From Scyliorhinus canicula (Eukaryota), in contig NC_052157.1 in the NCBI RefSeq assembly GCF_902713615.1, forward strand, positions 61,530,146 through 61,594,145: a stretch of DNA of 64,000 bases, read 5' to 3'. The position numbers and the translations under genes are program-made. Below, piece after piece: positions 35,097 to 47,271 of the stretch; the first letter of the stretch is position 1, and each line of letters opens with the position of its first letter. The notes beneath the pieces were generated by a model. The model was not told where the DNA came from and made no database searches. It saw only the letters and a program-made list of their open reading frames with translations.

Positions 35097-35991
35097 GGCT
35101 GTGATTCAATGGCCATGCTGTTCCTGAAAAGTAGCTCGCTGTGGTGCAGCAGAGCCGATAAAAGCCCGGAGAACTCGCTTCCGGGATCTACCTGGCTGAA
35201 AAAACGTCACGCGATCCAACGCGATCTCACGAGACATTGCGATGTAAATCCCGTCCACAATGGGTCTCACTTTAATGTGCATATTTCTGAGTTACCTGGG
35301 GCTTTGAGATTTACCCTCTTCACCGTGGAGGCCTTGGGCATGCGCTGTTCAATACTGGTCTCCAAATTCCCCAAATTCAGGGACCAGATGGAACGGCACT
35401 TGTGCGGGTCTCCCACAGGATCGGAGGACCCCAGTTCCTTCCCCCTGAGCAAGACAGTGCCCTGGCACTCCTCGGCACCCTGGCAGTGCCATCCTGGCAC
35501 CTTCACAGTGCTACATGTGTGCCAAACTGACATTACCAAGGTGCCCCAGGTGTACTGCCAGCTGGCATGGGCACTGCCATGGTGCCAAGCTGACATTGCC
35601 AAGGTGCCCCATGTGTACTGCCAGCTGGCATGCGCACTGCCATGGTGCCAAGCTGGCATTTTATTCTGAAAATGTATGATTTGCCAGGGGGTGCCCTGAG
35701 GGGTTATGGGTCGGGAGGGGGCTGGGACCCTCCTATAGTATGTTTCGGCTGGGAGGGTCGGGTTTCGCTTCGGGGCCTCGGAGATTGGGACGCCATATCA
35801 AAATGGAGCCCCGTTCTATCGCTACACTGGCGAGTTCCGGCGAGTGGGGCTCCCCAGTGTACAAAGTGGGGCTGTGTGTGTCCTTGGCCCTGCTGAGGCC
35901 CCTTATACAACGCCAGTCACTGTGAGTGCTTGAAACATGTGGCTAAACGTGCTCGCTATGGGACTTTGTTCCCAATTAGTTGAATCGCGCC
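35097..35991. mobile_element. PIF/Harbinger-type non-autonomous element
   Basis: Ends ggctgtgattcaa / ttgaatcgcgccc flanked by att. Internal tandem units ctggcatgggcactgccatggtgcc. Confidence 0.65.
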
Positions 35992-37190
35992 CATTGTGTG
36001 TACTCTGTCATCATGGCCGTTTTCATTGGCTTGAATAAACATCCTTTTACTTACCTTCTCTGGTCTCCTAGGTCTTCGTAGTCTTTAAATTATCTGAAAT
36101 TGTAGAATGCTAGGGCAGCGCAGCGCAGTGGTTAGCACTGCCGTCTCAGGGCACCGAGGGCCCGGATTTGATTCCGGCCCTGGGTCACTGTCCATGTGGA
36201 CTTTGCACATTCTTCCGGTGTCTGCGTGGGTCTCACCCCCACAACCCAAAGATGTGCACAATAGGTGAATTGGCTACGCTAAATTGCCCCTTAATTGGAA
36301 AAAAATAATTGGGTACTCAAAATTTATTTTACAAATCATTGTAAAGAAGTAAAGAAGGAGGCCATTCAGCCTTTTGTGATTGTGCTAGCTCTTTGAAAGA
36401 TCTATCCAGTTTGTCCCACTCCAAAGTTCTGCAAATTTATCCCCTTCAAGTATTTATTCAATTTCCCCATTTTGGAAGTTCCTCTTCAATCTGCTTTCAG
36501 CGCCCTTTCAGCCAGTGAGTCAATGGTCTCCATCTGAGCTGCAAAGTTCAGAGATTCTGTGAAATTTCAACTTTGCAGCAGATCACAGATAATCTTAAGA
36601 ACTAGAAATATTTCACACCTTTCTCCACTGACCGCTTTAACTTCCTTCTCTCTTTCAGTTATCTTGCACCCTTATTGAAGTTTCCAGCGTGGTGAGTATG
36701 GACAGGAAGTGTGACGCTGAACAGCCCGTCTATTCTCGGAGCTGCTGTGTTGTCCTCATGGGAAATTCTGACCAAATTTCAGGCCATTAACATTGGAGTC
36801 TCAGCATCGGGATAGAATTCATTCCCCAGTTTTTATCTCTACTCAAACTATCACCTCCTCATTAACTTGCTGAAATACATTGGTGCGCAGTACAGCAGCA
36901 GCTCGAGTTTACGATTCTCATCTGCAATTTTCAAATAGTCCCATTGCCCTCTCCATTCCCCATCTCTGGGCCAAGTCCAGCCCTGGAACCCTCTGAATTA
37001 TCTGCCCTTTCCCAATTCTGCTGCCAGACAGGGAGTCAGCATATCTCAGTGAGGGTGATGGGTGAATGGGACTTGGTGTGGGTTTGTCCACTGGGTCACT
37101 GCTGAATAGGTTCCCAATCAGAGCTCAATAAGAATGATCGTTTATAAACACTATTAACGATAAATTTTTTCGAACTGAAGATGATATTAC

Positions 37191-37271
37191 CTTGAAGAAG
37201 TGAGAAGAGGAAATAAGATTTCCCGATCATTGTCCCCTCCAGATATTTCATCAGCTTCTCACTCTCAAACT
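37191..37271 (-). CDS. Leader (signal peptide) exon of the Siglec-like gene
   Basis: Acceptor ctttctctttcag, ATG at 37230, MIGKSYFLFSLLQ plus one base, then gtaata donor (phase 1). Joins the 18186 V exon in frame to give MIGKSYFLFSLLQVGLSQEWKA. Confidence 0.72.
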
Positions 37272-37607
37272 CTGAAAGAGAAAGGAGTTAATGAGATCTC
37301 ACCTCTTGTCCGATAACTCTCGAGCAAACTGCTTTTAAAATATTCATTGGATTCTGTGTGGGATGATAGGTGTTCTGCAGAGAGTGACAAGGCTTTAAGA
37401 AGAAACCTCAATAAGGGACTCCCATTTCTATAGCGCCTTTCACCATCTCAGGATGTCCTAGAAAGATGTTCTGTACAACAGACGTGAGCCTCAAATCCAG
37501 ATCTCAATGAAAAGCTGAAATCTTTCAATCATTAGAATCTGTCTTTGTAAAGTCACAACATCCACAATGTGAGCCATAGAAGTGAATTCCAATCGTTAGT
37601 TACTTAC

Positions 37608-37680
37608 CCACGACCTTACCCGCAGCCTTTACCAATAAACCCCCAAACCTCAACTCAGAGGCAGGAAATCTGGCATTCAA
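37608..37680 (-). other. Candidate 5' non-coding exon, paralogous to 43638-43760
   Basis: Donor gg/gtaagtaa. The intron-side sequence (aaagtcaca.catc.aca...aattcca...tacttaccca) is shared with 43565-43640. The 5' boundary is a guess. Confidence 0.45.
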
Positions 37681-37749
37681 GTTTCCAATCCAGAATCTTA
37701 AGTTTCATGATCCTGGTAAATACTTTCTAGAATAATTACAGGGGGAGAA

Positions 37750-38345
37750 CCAGTACTGAAAGGATGCCACAGTTAGAAGGTCAGTACTGAGAATGTGCTG
37801 CACTGTTGGAGGGTCAGTACAGAGGGTGCACTGCACTGCCAAAATGTTAGGCATGAAGCGGTGTATCAGTTTTGGTGGACTTGTACTGAGGGACTGTCAC
37901 AATGTCAGACGATCAGTACTCTGGGAATACTGCATTTTCTGATAGTCATTAGTAAGGGAGTGCTGCACTGTCGGAGTGTCAGTCCTGAGGGAGAGCTGCA
38001 TAGTCGGAGGGTCAGCACTGAGGGAGTGCTACACTGTTGGAGGGTCAGAACTGAGGAGGGCTGCATTACTGGATGGTCAGTACTGAAGGAGTACCACACA
38101 GTTGGAAGGTCAGGACTAAGGAAGTGCTGCACTGTCGCCAGGTAACTACGAAGGGAATGTGCACTGTTGGAGTTTGCATTGTAGGAGGGTCAGTACTGAG
38201 GGAAGGCTGCACTGTCAGTGGGTCAGTACTGAGGAAGTGTAGGAATGTTGGAGCGTCAGTACTGAGGAGTACCACACTATCAGGGGGTCAGCACTGAGGG
38301 AGTGCTGCACTGTTGAGGTTCTGTCACGAGGGAGTGCTCCACTGT
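37750..38345. repeat. Degenerate ~33-bp tandem array (gtcagtactgagggagtgctgcactgtcggagg)
   Basis: Direct reading. A second array of the same unit lies at about 42980-43460. Confidence 0.85.
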
Positions 38346-38640
38346 TGGTGGGTCAATACAGACAGAGTGTTGAACTTGCAGTCGTCCGGGCAAATGGGGA
38401 GCTGGTGGTACGCGGATCTGAGGTCCACCGTGGAAAAGACCTTGTATTGTTCAATCTGATTGACCAAATCAGATACGTGGGGAAGAGGGACCGCGTTGAG
38501 CTGCGTATACCTGTTGATGGTCTGGCTATAATCGATGACCATCCTGTGTTTCTCCCCGGTCTTTACGACCACTACTTGAGCTCTCCAGGTGCTGTTGCTA
38601 GCCTCTGTACTCGAGACCTCTCGCAATGAAGGCCAACCTA
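38346..38640 (-). mobile_element. Gypsy RT fragment
   Basis: WRAQVVVVKTGEKHRMVIDYSQTINRYTQLNAVPLP...FSTVDLRSAYHQLPI. Confidence 0.85.
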
Positions 38641-38649
38641 CCATTAACT

Positions 38650-41600
38650 TTCTTTACCGCCTGCTGCACCTGCATGCTTACCTTCAGCGAATGGTGCACA
38701 AGGACACCCAGGTCCCGCAGCACACTCTACTCTCCCAATTTCCAACCATTCATGTAGTAACCTGCCTTCCTGTTTTCGCTTCCAAAGTGAATAACCTCTC
38801 ACTTATCCAAATTATACTGCATCTGCCATTGATTTGCCCACTCACCCAAACTGTCCAGGTCATGCTGTAGGATCTCTGCATCTTCGTCACAGTTCACCCT
38901 CCCACTCAACTTGGTATCACCTGCAAACTTTGAGATGTTACATCTTGTTCACTCATCCAAATCATTAATACGTATTGTGAATAGCTGGGATACGAACACT
39001 TATCCCTGTGGCACCCCACTGGTTGCTGTCTGCCAATTTGAAAATGACCCATTAATTCCTACTCTTTGTTTCCTCTCTGCCAACCAGTTTTCTATTCACC
39101 TCAATATACTTCCCCCAATACCATGCGCTTTAATCTTGCACAATAATCTCTTATGCGAAACTTTGCCAAATGCCTTCTGAAAGACCCAAAATACCACATC
39201 GACTGGCTCCCCCTTGTCAACTGTACTGGTTACATCTTCAAAGAATTCCAACATATTTGTCAAGCACGATTTCCCCTTCATCAATCCATGCTGACTCTGA
39301 CTGATCATGCCACTGCTTTCTAAATGTTCCGCTATAAAGTCCTTGATAATGGATTCAAGAATTTTCCCCAGTACCGATGTTAGGCTTCCTGGTTTATAAC
39401 TCCCTGCTTTCTCTCTTTTTTGTCTTTTGTTTCATTGTCACAAATAGGCTTCCATTAACACTGCAATGTGAAAAGCCCCTAGGCACAAGATTCCGGCGCC
39501 TGTTCGGGTACACGGAGGGAGAATTCAGAATTCTCAGCTGGGACAGAAATTGAACACGCGCTGGGGGTTCAATTCCTACCTCCCTTTTTGTGTATTGGAG
39601 TGACATTCGTTACCCTCCAATCTGCAGGGACTGTCCCAGAGTCTATAGAATCCTGGAAGATGACCATCAATGCATCTACTATTTCCAGAGTCACCTCCTT
39701 AAGACTCTGGGATACAGATTCTCAGGCCCTGGGGATTTGTCCACCTTCAATCCCATCAATTTTCCCAGCATCTTTTCTCTACTACTATTAATCTCCCACA
39801 GTTCTTCCCTTTCACTAAACGTTTCATTCTCCAACATTTCTGGTACCTGATTTGTGTCGTCTTTTGTGAAGACAGAAGCAAAGTGTGTATTCAATCGCTC
39901 AGCCATTTCTTTGTCCCTGAAATTCATTCTCCTCTTTCTGTCTGTAGGGGGCCTACTTGTGTCTTCACCAAACTCTTTCTCTTCATATATCGAAAGAAAC
40001 TCTCAGTGTCATAGAACGTAGAAAAATACAGCACAGAACAGGCCCTTCGGCCCACGATGTTGTGCCGAACCTTTGTCCTAGATTAGTCATAGATTATCAT
40101 AGAATTTACAGTGCAGGAGGCCATTCGGCCTATTGAGCCTGCACCGGCTCTTGGAAAGAGTACCCTACCCAAGGTCAACACCTCCACCCTATCCCCATAA
40201 CCCAGTAACCCCACCCAACACAAAGGGCAATTTTGGACACGAAGGGCAATTTATCATGGCCAGTCCACCCAATCTGCACATCCCTGGACCGCGGGAGGAA
40301 ACTGGTGCACCCGGAGGAAACCCACGCACACACTGGGAGAATGCACAGACTCCGCACAGACAGCGACCCAAGCCGGAATCGAACCTGGGACCCCAGAGCT
40401 GTGAAGCAATTGGGCTATCCACAATGCTACCATGCTACCCTTAAGAACTAATTACTCTACACTCCATTATTCTACCGTAATCCATGTACCTATCCAATAG
40501 CCGCTTGAAGGTCCCTCATATTTCCGACTTAACTACTTCCACAGGCAGTGCATTCCATGCCCCCACTACTCTCTGGGTAAAGTCTTTATGTTCTCTGCAA
40601 GCTTCCTTTCTTACTGTACTTTCACCTTCTTAATCAATACCTTCATCCTTCTATGCTGAATTCTAAACTGCTCCCAATCCTCAGACCTATTGGCCAAGAT
40701 TCTCCGACCCTGCGCCGGGTCGGAGACTCCTCAGGGGGACGCGAGAATCGCATCCAGCCGCCAGCTTCCCGATCTCCCCTGGCGTTTATCGGGCGCCCGC
40801 GGGATTCCCGCGGGGGTCCGTTGATAGCAACCCCCCCCCCTCCCCGGGTGAATCTCCGGGCCCCGACGGGCCAAGTGGCTGCCGAGTTCGGCTGTGTCCC
40901 GCCAGCATTGGTTACTCACATCCCACACGGCAGAATCTGGAAAGTGTGGCTGCAGGGACCGTCCTGGAGGGGGCGGGGGGATCTGACCCCGGGAGGGGGC
41001 CCCCATGGTGGCCTGGCCCACGATCGTGACCTACCGATCGGCAAGCGGGCTGGTTCCGTGGGGGCCTATTTTCCTCTGCACTGGGCCCCTTTAGGGCTCT
41101 GCCATATTTCCCGGGGACCGGCGCAGAGAAGGGAACCCCCACACATGTGCAGAATCATGCTGACCATAGTGCGCATGTGCGGAATCATGCCAGCCGTTCC
41201 GCGCATGCATGAACTCGCGCCGGCCATTCTGCGCCGTCTGGAGCTGCGGGGACCACTCTGGCTCCGACCTAGCCCCGTAGGAGCCCCGTAGCTTTTCACG
41301 CTGGCATTGGGATATAGCCCCATTATTGGAGAATCCCACCCGTTATTTTTCATGGCCAATCTGTACGCTTCTTCCTTGGATCGGATACTATTTCTAATTT
41401 CCTTTGTAATTGATAGATTGGCTCTCTTCCCCATTTTGCTGTTATGCCAGACAGGAATGAACAGTTGCTGCAGTTCCCCTATGCATTCCTTGAATGTTTG
41501 ACATTGCCTATCCATTGTCATCCCTTTAAGTAACTCTCCCTAATCTATCAAGGCCAACTCATGCCTCATATCTTCGTAGTTTCCTTTCATAAGATTCAGT

Positions 41601-42290
41601 ACCTGAGTTTCCGAATCAACTACTTCACTCTCCAATTTGATAAAATATTCTTTCATGTTATGGTCGCTCATCCCCAAGGGGTCTCGCACAGCCAGATTGG
41701 CAATGATTCCCTTCTCATGACACAGTACCCAGTCTAAGATGGCCTGCTCTCCAGTTGGTTCCTCCAGATATTGGTCAAGAAAACCATCCCGTATACATTC
41801 CGGGAATTCCTACTCTACGGCATTGTGGCTAATTGGATTTGCCCAATCTATGTTAAGATTAAAATCACCCATGATCACCGATATTCCCTTATTACATGCA
41901 TCTTTAATTTTGTGTTTAATGCCATTCCCAACATCACCACTGCAGTTTGGGTGTCTATATATGATACCCACTAATGTTTTTGCCCCTTTGTATTCCTCAA
42001 CTGTACCCATAAAGAATCCACATTGTCAGAGCTAATATCCTTTCTCACTATTGTTAATTTCCACTTTAACCAGCAATGCCACACCACCACCTTTTCTTTT
42101 ATGCCTGTCCTTCCTAAATACTGAATAGCCTGGGACATTCAGTTTCTATCCCTGGTCACCCTGCAGCCATGTCTCCGTAATCCCAATTATATTGTACCCA
42201 TTTATACCTATCTGCGTGATTAGTTCATCCACTTTATTGCAAATGCTCCGTGCATTAAGGCATAGAGCCTTTAAGTTTGTCTTTTTCAAA
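38650..42290 (-). mobile_element. Fragmented CR1 LINE (endonuclease and RT) with nested SINEs and a Harbinger-type MITE (about 40690-41341)
   Basis: GIIYRHPN...VIMGDFNLNIDW (EN), SQHGLMKGKSCLTNMLEFFE...FQKAFGKVSH (RT), KSPGPENLYPRVL. SINEs at about 39420-39590, 40010-40440 and 42295-42660. Confidence 0.85.
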
Positions 42291-43637
42291 TTCGGGGGCA
42301 GCAGGGTAGCATGGTGGTCAGCATAAATGCTTCACAGCTCCAGGGTCCCAGGTTCGATTCCCGGCTGGGTCACTGTCTGTGTGGAGTCTGCATGTCCTCC
42401 CCCTGTGTGCGTGGGTTTCCTCCGGGTGCTCCGGTTTCCTCCCACAGTCCAAAGATGTGCTGGTTAGGTGGATTGGCCATGCTAAATTGCCCGTTGTGTC
42501 CTAATAAAAGTAAGGTTAAGGGGGAGGTTGTTGGGTCATGGGTTATGGGTTACGGGTATAGGGTGGATACATGGGTTTGAGTAGGGTGATCATGGCTCGG
42601 CACAACATTGAGGGCCGAAGGGCCTGTTCTGTGCTGTACTGTTCTATGTTCTATGTTCTAAATTGTTTATTCTGCTCCCAATATTTTTATCTTTTGCCCT
42701 GTTTGAATTTTGGCGTTGATTTCCCCACCTATCACTTTTCTTATTCCCTTTTCTACCTTTTGTTTTCGTCCTTGTTCCCTCTTTCTCTGACTCCTTGCAT
42801 AGGTTCGCATCCCCCTGGTTTGAGAGCCTCTGTCCATCATAGCCACATCAGTATGTTTCTTCTGTGCGTTATTGTGAAAGAAAGGACTTGAGCAACTAAA
42901 CAAGCGATTGTATCTTTTGTTCAGAACTTTGAGATGTCTTGAATTTACCACTTCCTATTTTAGATGATGGTCAGGATTTCAGCAACTCCCACTGTCAGAG
43001 GGTCAATACTGAGGGAATTCTGCACAGTCGTGGGGTCAGTACTGAGCAATCCTCCACTGCACTGTCGGAGGCTCAGTACTGAGGGAATTCTGCACAGTCG
43101 TGGGGTCAGTACTGAGCAAGCCTCCACTGCACTGTCGGAGAGTCAGTACTGAGGGAATTCTGCACTGTCGGAGGTCCAGTACTAGGGAATTCTGTACTGA
43201 TGGAGGGTCCATACTGAGAGAGTGATGTACTGTTGGATGGTCAGTACTGAGCGAGCCTCCGCTACTCTGTCGGAGGGTCGGTACTGAGGGAGTGCCGCAC
43301 TGTCAGAGCGTCTGTACTGAGGGAGTGCTGCACAGTCAGAGGGTCAGTACTGAGAGAGTGCTGCACTGTCACAGGGTTAGTACTGATGGAATGCTGCACA
43401 GTTGGAGGGTCAGTACTGAGGCAATTCTGCATTGTCGGATGGTCAGTACTGAGGGAGTGCTCCTCCGTCGATCAGAAGAATGTTCTATAAAACAGTTTTG
43501 AGCCTCACACCCAGATATCAATACTAAATAGAAATATTTCAATATCACCAATCATTGGAACCTTTCTTTATAAAGTCACAGCATCAACAACGGACAATGT
43601 TGGTCATGGATGTAAATTCCATTTGTTTATTACTTAC

Positions 43638-43780
43638 CCAGGATCTGTCCGGCTGCTTGACTGGAGAGCTAGTTTCGACACAATCTGCTTGGATTGAATG
43701 AGTTCTTCCTCTGCTGCTCCCTCTGTGCATTTCACCAGAAAGGCTTGATCTGTCACTTTGACTCAAAATGAGGAAGCTGT
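43638..43780 (-). promoter_or_regulatory. Candidate first exon/promoter of the Siglec-like gene, with ETS/PU.1-like GAGGAA sites
   Basis: Donor gg/gtaagtaa at 43637. aaaatgaggaagct at 43765-43778 and agaggaag (minus) at 43705-43712. Confidence 0.4.
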
Positions 43781-44620
43781 AGCAAAGTGAGAAAACAGCA
43801 CTTTTCCCTCTCCTAACAGCAAACCCTGTGGCTATAAAAGAATATCAGAACATAATCGGAACACGAGATGGACATCCAGCCCCTCAAGCCTGCTCCACCA
43901 TTTAATCATACACTACCTAACCTGGCCTTAACTCCACTTTCCTGCTTGCCCCCCATAACCTTTGACTCCTGTGATTAATGTAAGAAATTGTCATATGTTA
44001 TATTTATTTGCAGTAATGAAATTAGGACACAGAACATACAGTGCAGAAGGAGGCCATTCGGCCCATCGAGTCTGCACCGACACATTTAAGCCCTCACTTC
44101 CACCCCATCCCCGCAACCCAACAACCCCTCCCACCCTTTTTGGTCACTGAGGGCAATTTATCATAGCCAATCCACCTAACCTGCACGTCTTTGAACTGTG
44201 GGAGGAAAGTGAAGTATCCGGAGGAAACCCACGCAGACACGGGGAGAATGTGCAGACTCCGCACAGACAGTGACCCAACAGGGAATCAAACCTGGGACCC
44301 TGGCGCTGTGAAGCTACAATGCTATCCATTTGTGCTACCATGCTGCCCTGCCTGTGTTCAGATGCATGCAGACAGTATGACTACTCGAGCTGTGATCAAG
44401 GTGTTGTAAAAATGAGCTAATCATTGATTTGCAGCTAAAGCTAATAGATATTGAGAACATTTACTTGTTTACAGATATATAGTTAATGGAATATTATTTA
44501 TGTTTGAAAGACCTCTGGGGTGTACATATTTTATGATTTGTATTGTGTTTGGTCTTGGCTAAACGTGTCAAGAGACGTCTTGTGTGAAGGCACAGAATAA
44601 CGTCTGATACTTTGAGTACA

Positions 44621-44747
44621 TGATGTGGAGATGCCGGCATTGGACTGGGGTCGGCACAGTAAGAAGTCTTGCAACGCCAGGTTAAAGTCTAACAGGTTTA
44701 TTTGGAATCACTAGTTTTCGGAGTGTAGCTCCTTCATCAGGTGAATC
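44621..44747 (-). mobile_element. Penelope-like element terminal-repeat fragment
   Basis: gatgtggagatgccggcattggactgggg...ccaggttaaagtc.aacagg motif, containing a minimal hammerhead core on the minus strand. Confidence 0.7.
44705..44747 (-). ncRNA. Minimal type I hammerhead ribozyme, probably mutated in stem III
   Basis: RNA gauucac-CUGAUGA-a-GGAG-cuaca-CUCC-GAAA-acua-gugauuc: conserved core, 4-bp stem II, 6/7-bp stem I. Confidence 0.7.
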
Positions 44748-45404
44748 ATTCTTTGTTTGGTTTGGTCTTACTGAATTTAAAGACAGCAAGTCTAAGGAGC
44801 TGTGGTTTTCACGCGTTGATACTCTGACAGTTTATCTTAGATCAGAGAATCATATAATTTACACAGGCCCTTGGAAAGAGGACCCTACTTTTTCAAAAAA
44901 TTTATTTAGAGTACCTAATTCATTTTTCCCAATTAAGGGGCAATTTAGTGTGGCCAATCCACCTACCCTGCACATCTTTGGGCTGTGGGGGCGAAACCCA
45001 TGCAAACACGGGAAGAATGTGCAAACTCCACACACAAGTGACCCAGAGCCGGGATCGAACCTGGGACCTCGGCGCCATGAGGCAGCAGGGCTAACCCTCT
45101 GCGCCACCGAGCTGCCTTAAGAGTACCCTACTTAAGCACACACTTCTACCATACCCCCGTTAACCAGTAACCCCACCAAAACTATTTTGTGCACTAAGGA
45201 CAATTTAACATGGCCCCTACACCTAATCTGCACAACTTTGGACTGTGAGAGGAAACCGGAGCACCCGGAGGAAACCCACGCAGACACAGGGAGAACGTGC
45301 AGACTGCAGACAGACAGTACCCAAGCCAGGAATTGAACCTAGGTTCCTGGTGCTGTGAAGCAACAGTGCTAACCACTGTGCTACAGTGCGCCCCCCAATA
45401 GGGC

Positions 45405-47270
45405 TTAATAGGGAGTGACTTCTAAAATGGATCTTTCAGAGGCTAAAGGTGTGATTCAACAATCTTGTCGTGTCAACTCGGAGTCAAGACCGACGGTTGA
45501 ATCCTGGGAGCAACCGAAATCGGACTCATAGAGCCCAACGCGATCTAGGTCTCGCCCTCGCTGTTGATAGGCAAGTATTAAATCTTTTCAAAGATTTTAT
45601 TTCTGAGGGTAAGATTTACTCGTGTACAAGGTGGAGTACGTAAGGAAGTTAAAATCTTAAGAGATTTGGGAGCAAGTTAATTTTTAATGGTGAGAGTTAA
45701 GGAGATATGTAGTTCAGAAGTAGTATTGCAAGAAAAGTGCATATATGTGGGATTGATGGTGAACTGAATAGTCCATTAAGTAAGCTAAGGTTAGGGAGTG
45801 TGGTGAAATGTGTCGAAGTGGTGGTAAGACTAATAGAGAAATTACCTTTTTCAGATAACAGCTTATCCTGGGTAATGATATCGCTGGATCACAGGTGGGA
45901 GTGATACCTACTGTGGTTGAAAAGCCAATGAAAAGCCAATCAATTGAGGTGTTGCAAGAAGCATATGTGGGGTGTTTCCAGATTGTGTGGTAACAGGATC
46001 ACAAAGCCACAGGGCAAAGATAAGGAGACTGAGGTTCAGTTATCAGAAACAATCATTGACCAGATTGTTGATAAGGAACAAGAGCGGTGGAGGATGAAGC
46101 TGATAACATTAGTTCAGGTAAATTAGTCAAATTGTAACAGAAAGATTTTGAGTTAAAGTGTTGAATCAGAAACCACACACAGAGATAGACTTTGAGTAGA
46201 AATAATGTATTGCTGAGAAAGTGGAGCCCTTTATATATTCAGTCAGTTGAGAAATGGACAGGACTTCATCAAGTAATGTTACCAGTGGGCTATAGAAAGG
46301 AGGCTTTGCAGGTAGAACATCAGGGCTGGGAATCCCCCCTACCCAGCAGGGCGGGGGGGTCTCAGTGTACCGGAGTGGCGAGAACCACTCCGGCGTCGGG
46401 CCTCCCCAAAGGTTTGTAATTCTCCGCAACTTTAGGGGCTAGGCCCGCGCCGGAGTGGCTCCCGCTCTGCCGACCGGCGTCAGTGCTGGCCGAAAGGCCT
46501 TCGCCGGTCGGCGTGAGTCCGCGCATGCGCCGGAGCGTCAGCGGCCGATGATGTCATCCCGGCGCATGCGCGGTGGAGGGGGTCTCTTCCGCCTCCGCCA
46601 GGTAGGAGGCCGTGGCGGCGGCGGAAGAAAAAGAGTGCCCTCCACGGACTAGGCCCGCCCGCCGATCGGTGGGCCCTGATCGCGGGCCAGGCCACCGTGG
46701 GTGCACCCCCCGGGGTCAGATCGCCCCGCGCCCCCCCAGGACCCCGGGTCCCGCTCGCGCCGCCTGCTCCCGCCGGCACCAGAGGTGGTTTAAACCTCGT
46801 CGGCGGGAGAGGCCTGACAGCGGTGGGACTTTGTCCCATCGCGTGCCGGAGAATCACCGTGGGGGGGCCCGCCAACTGGCATGGGGGGCACGCCGACCGG
46901 CGGGGCGCGATGCCCGCCCCCGCCGATTCCCGGGTGGCGGGGAATTCCGGCCACGGCGGGGGCGGGATTTAAACGGGCCCCGGGCGATTCCCCGACCCTG
47001 CGGGGGTCGGAGAATTCCGACCCAGGTTCCAGTAGGCAGGCATTTAGGAGTAAGGAAAACTCAAGTGAAAATAAAAAGCATTTTATTGGCCTCGCCTGCA
47101 TAAGAATTTTGTGGATTATGTCACACATGTCAGGTGATAAGAAAACCTCAGGCGGTAATAAAACCTATTTACTTAATAACCATTCTGGCTTTTGAGGAAA
47201 TTTTTACTTGGGTTCAATGAATTGCGTGGGACCCTTTCCTAAGCTGAAAAGTGGGAACCGGTACGGCCAA
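45405..47270 (+). mobile_element. Decayed Gypsy (Gmr1-like) internal fragment with integrase remnant, split by a GC-rich MITE (about 46322-47022)
   Basis: LLRKWSP...HQVMLPVGYRKEAL before the MITE; VPVGRHLGVRKTQ...CHTCQ...CVGPFPKLKSGNRY after it. Confidence 0.75.
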
Positions 47271-47271
47271 A

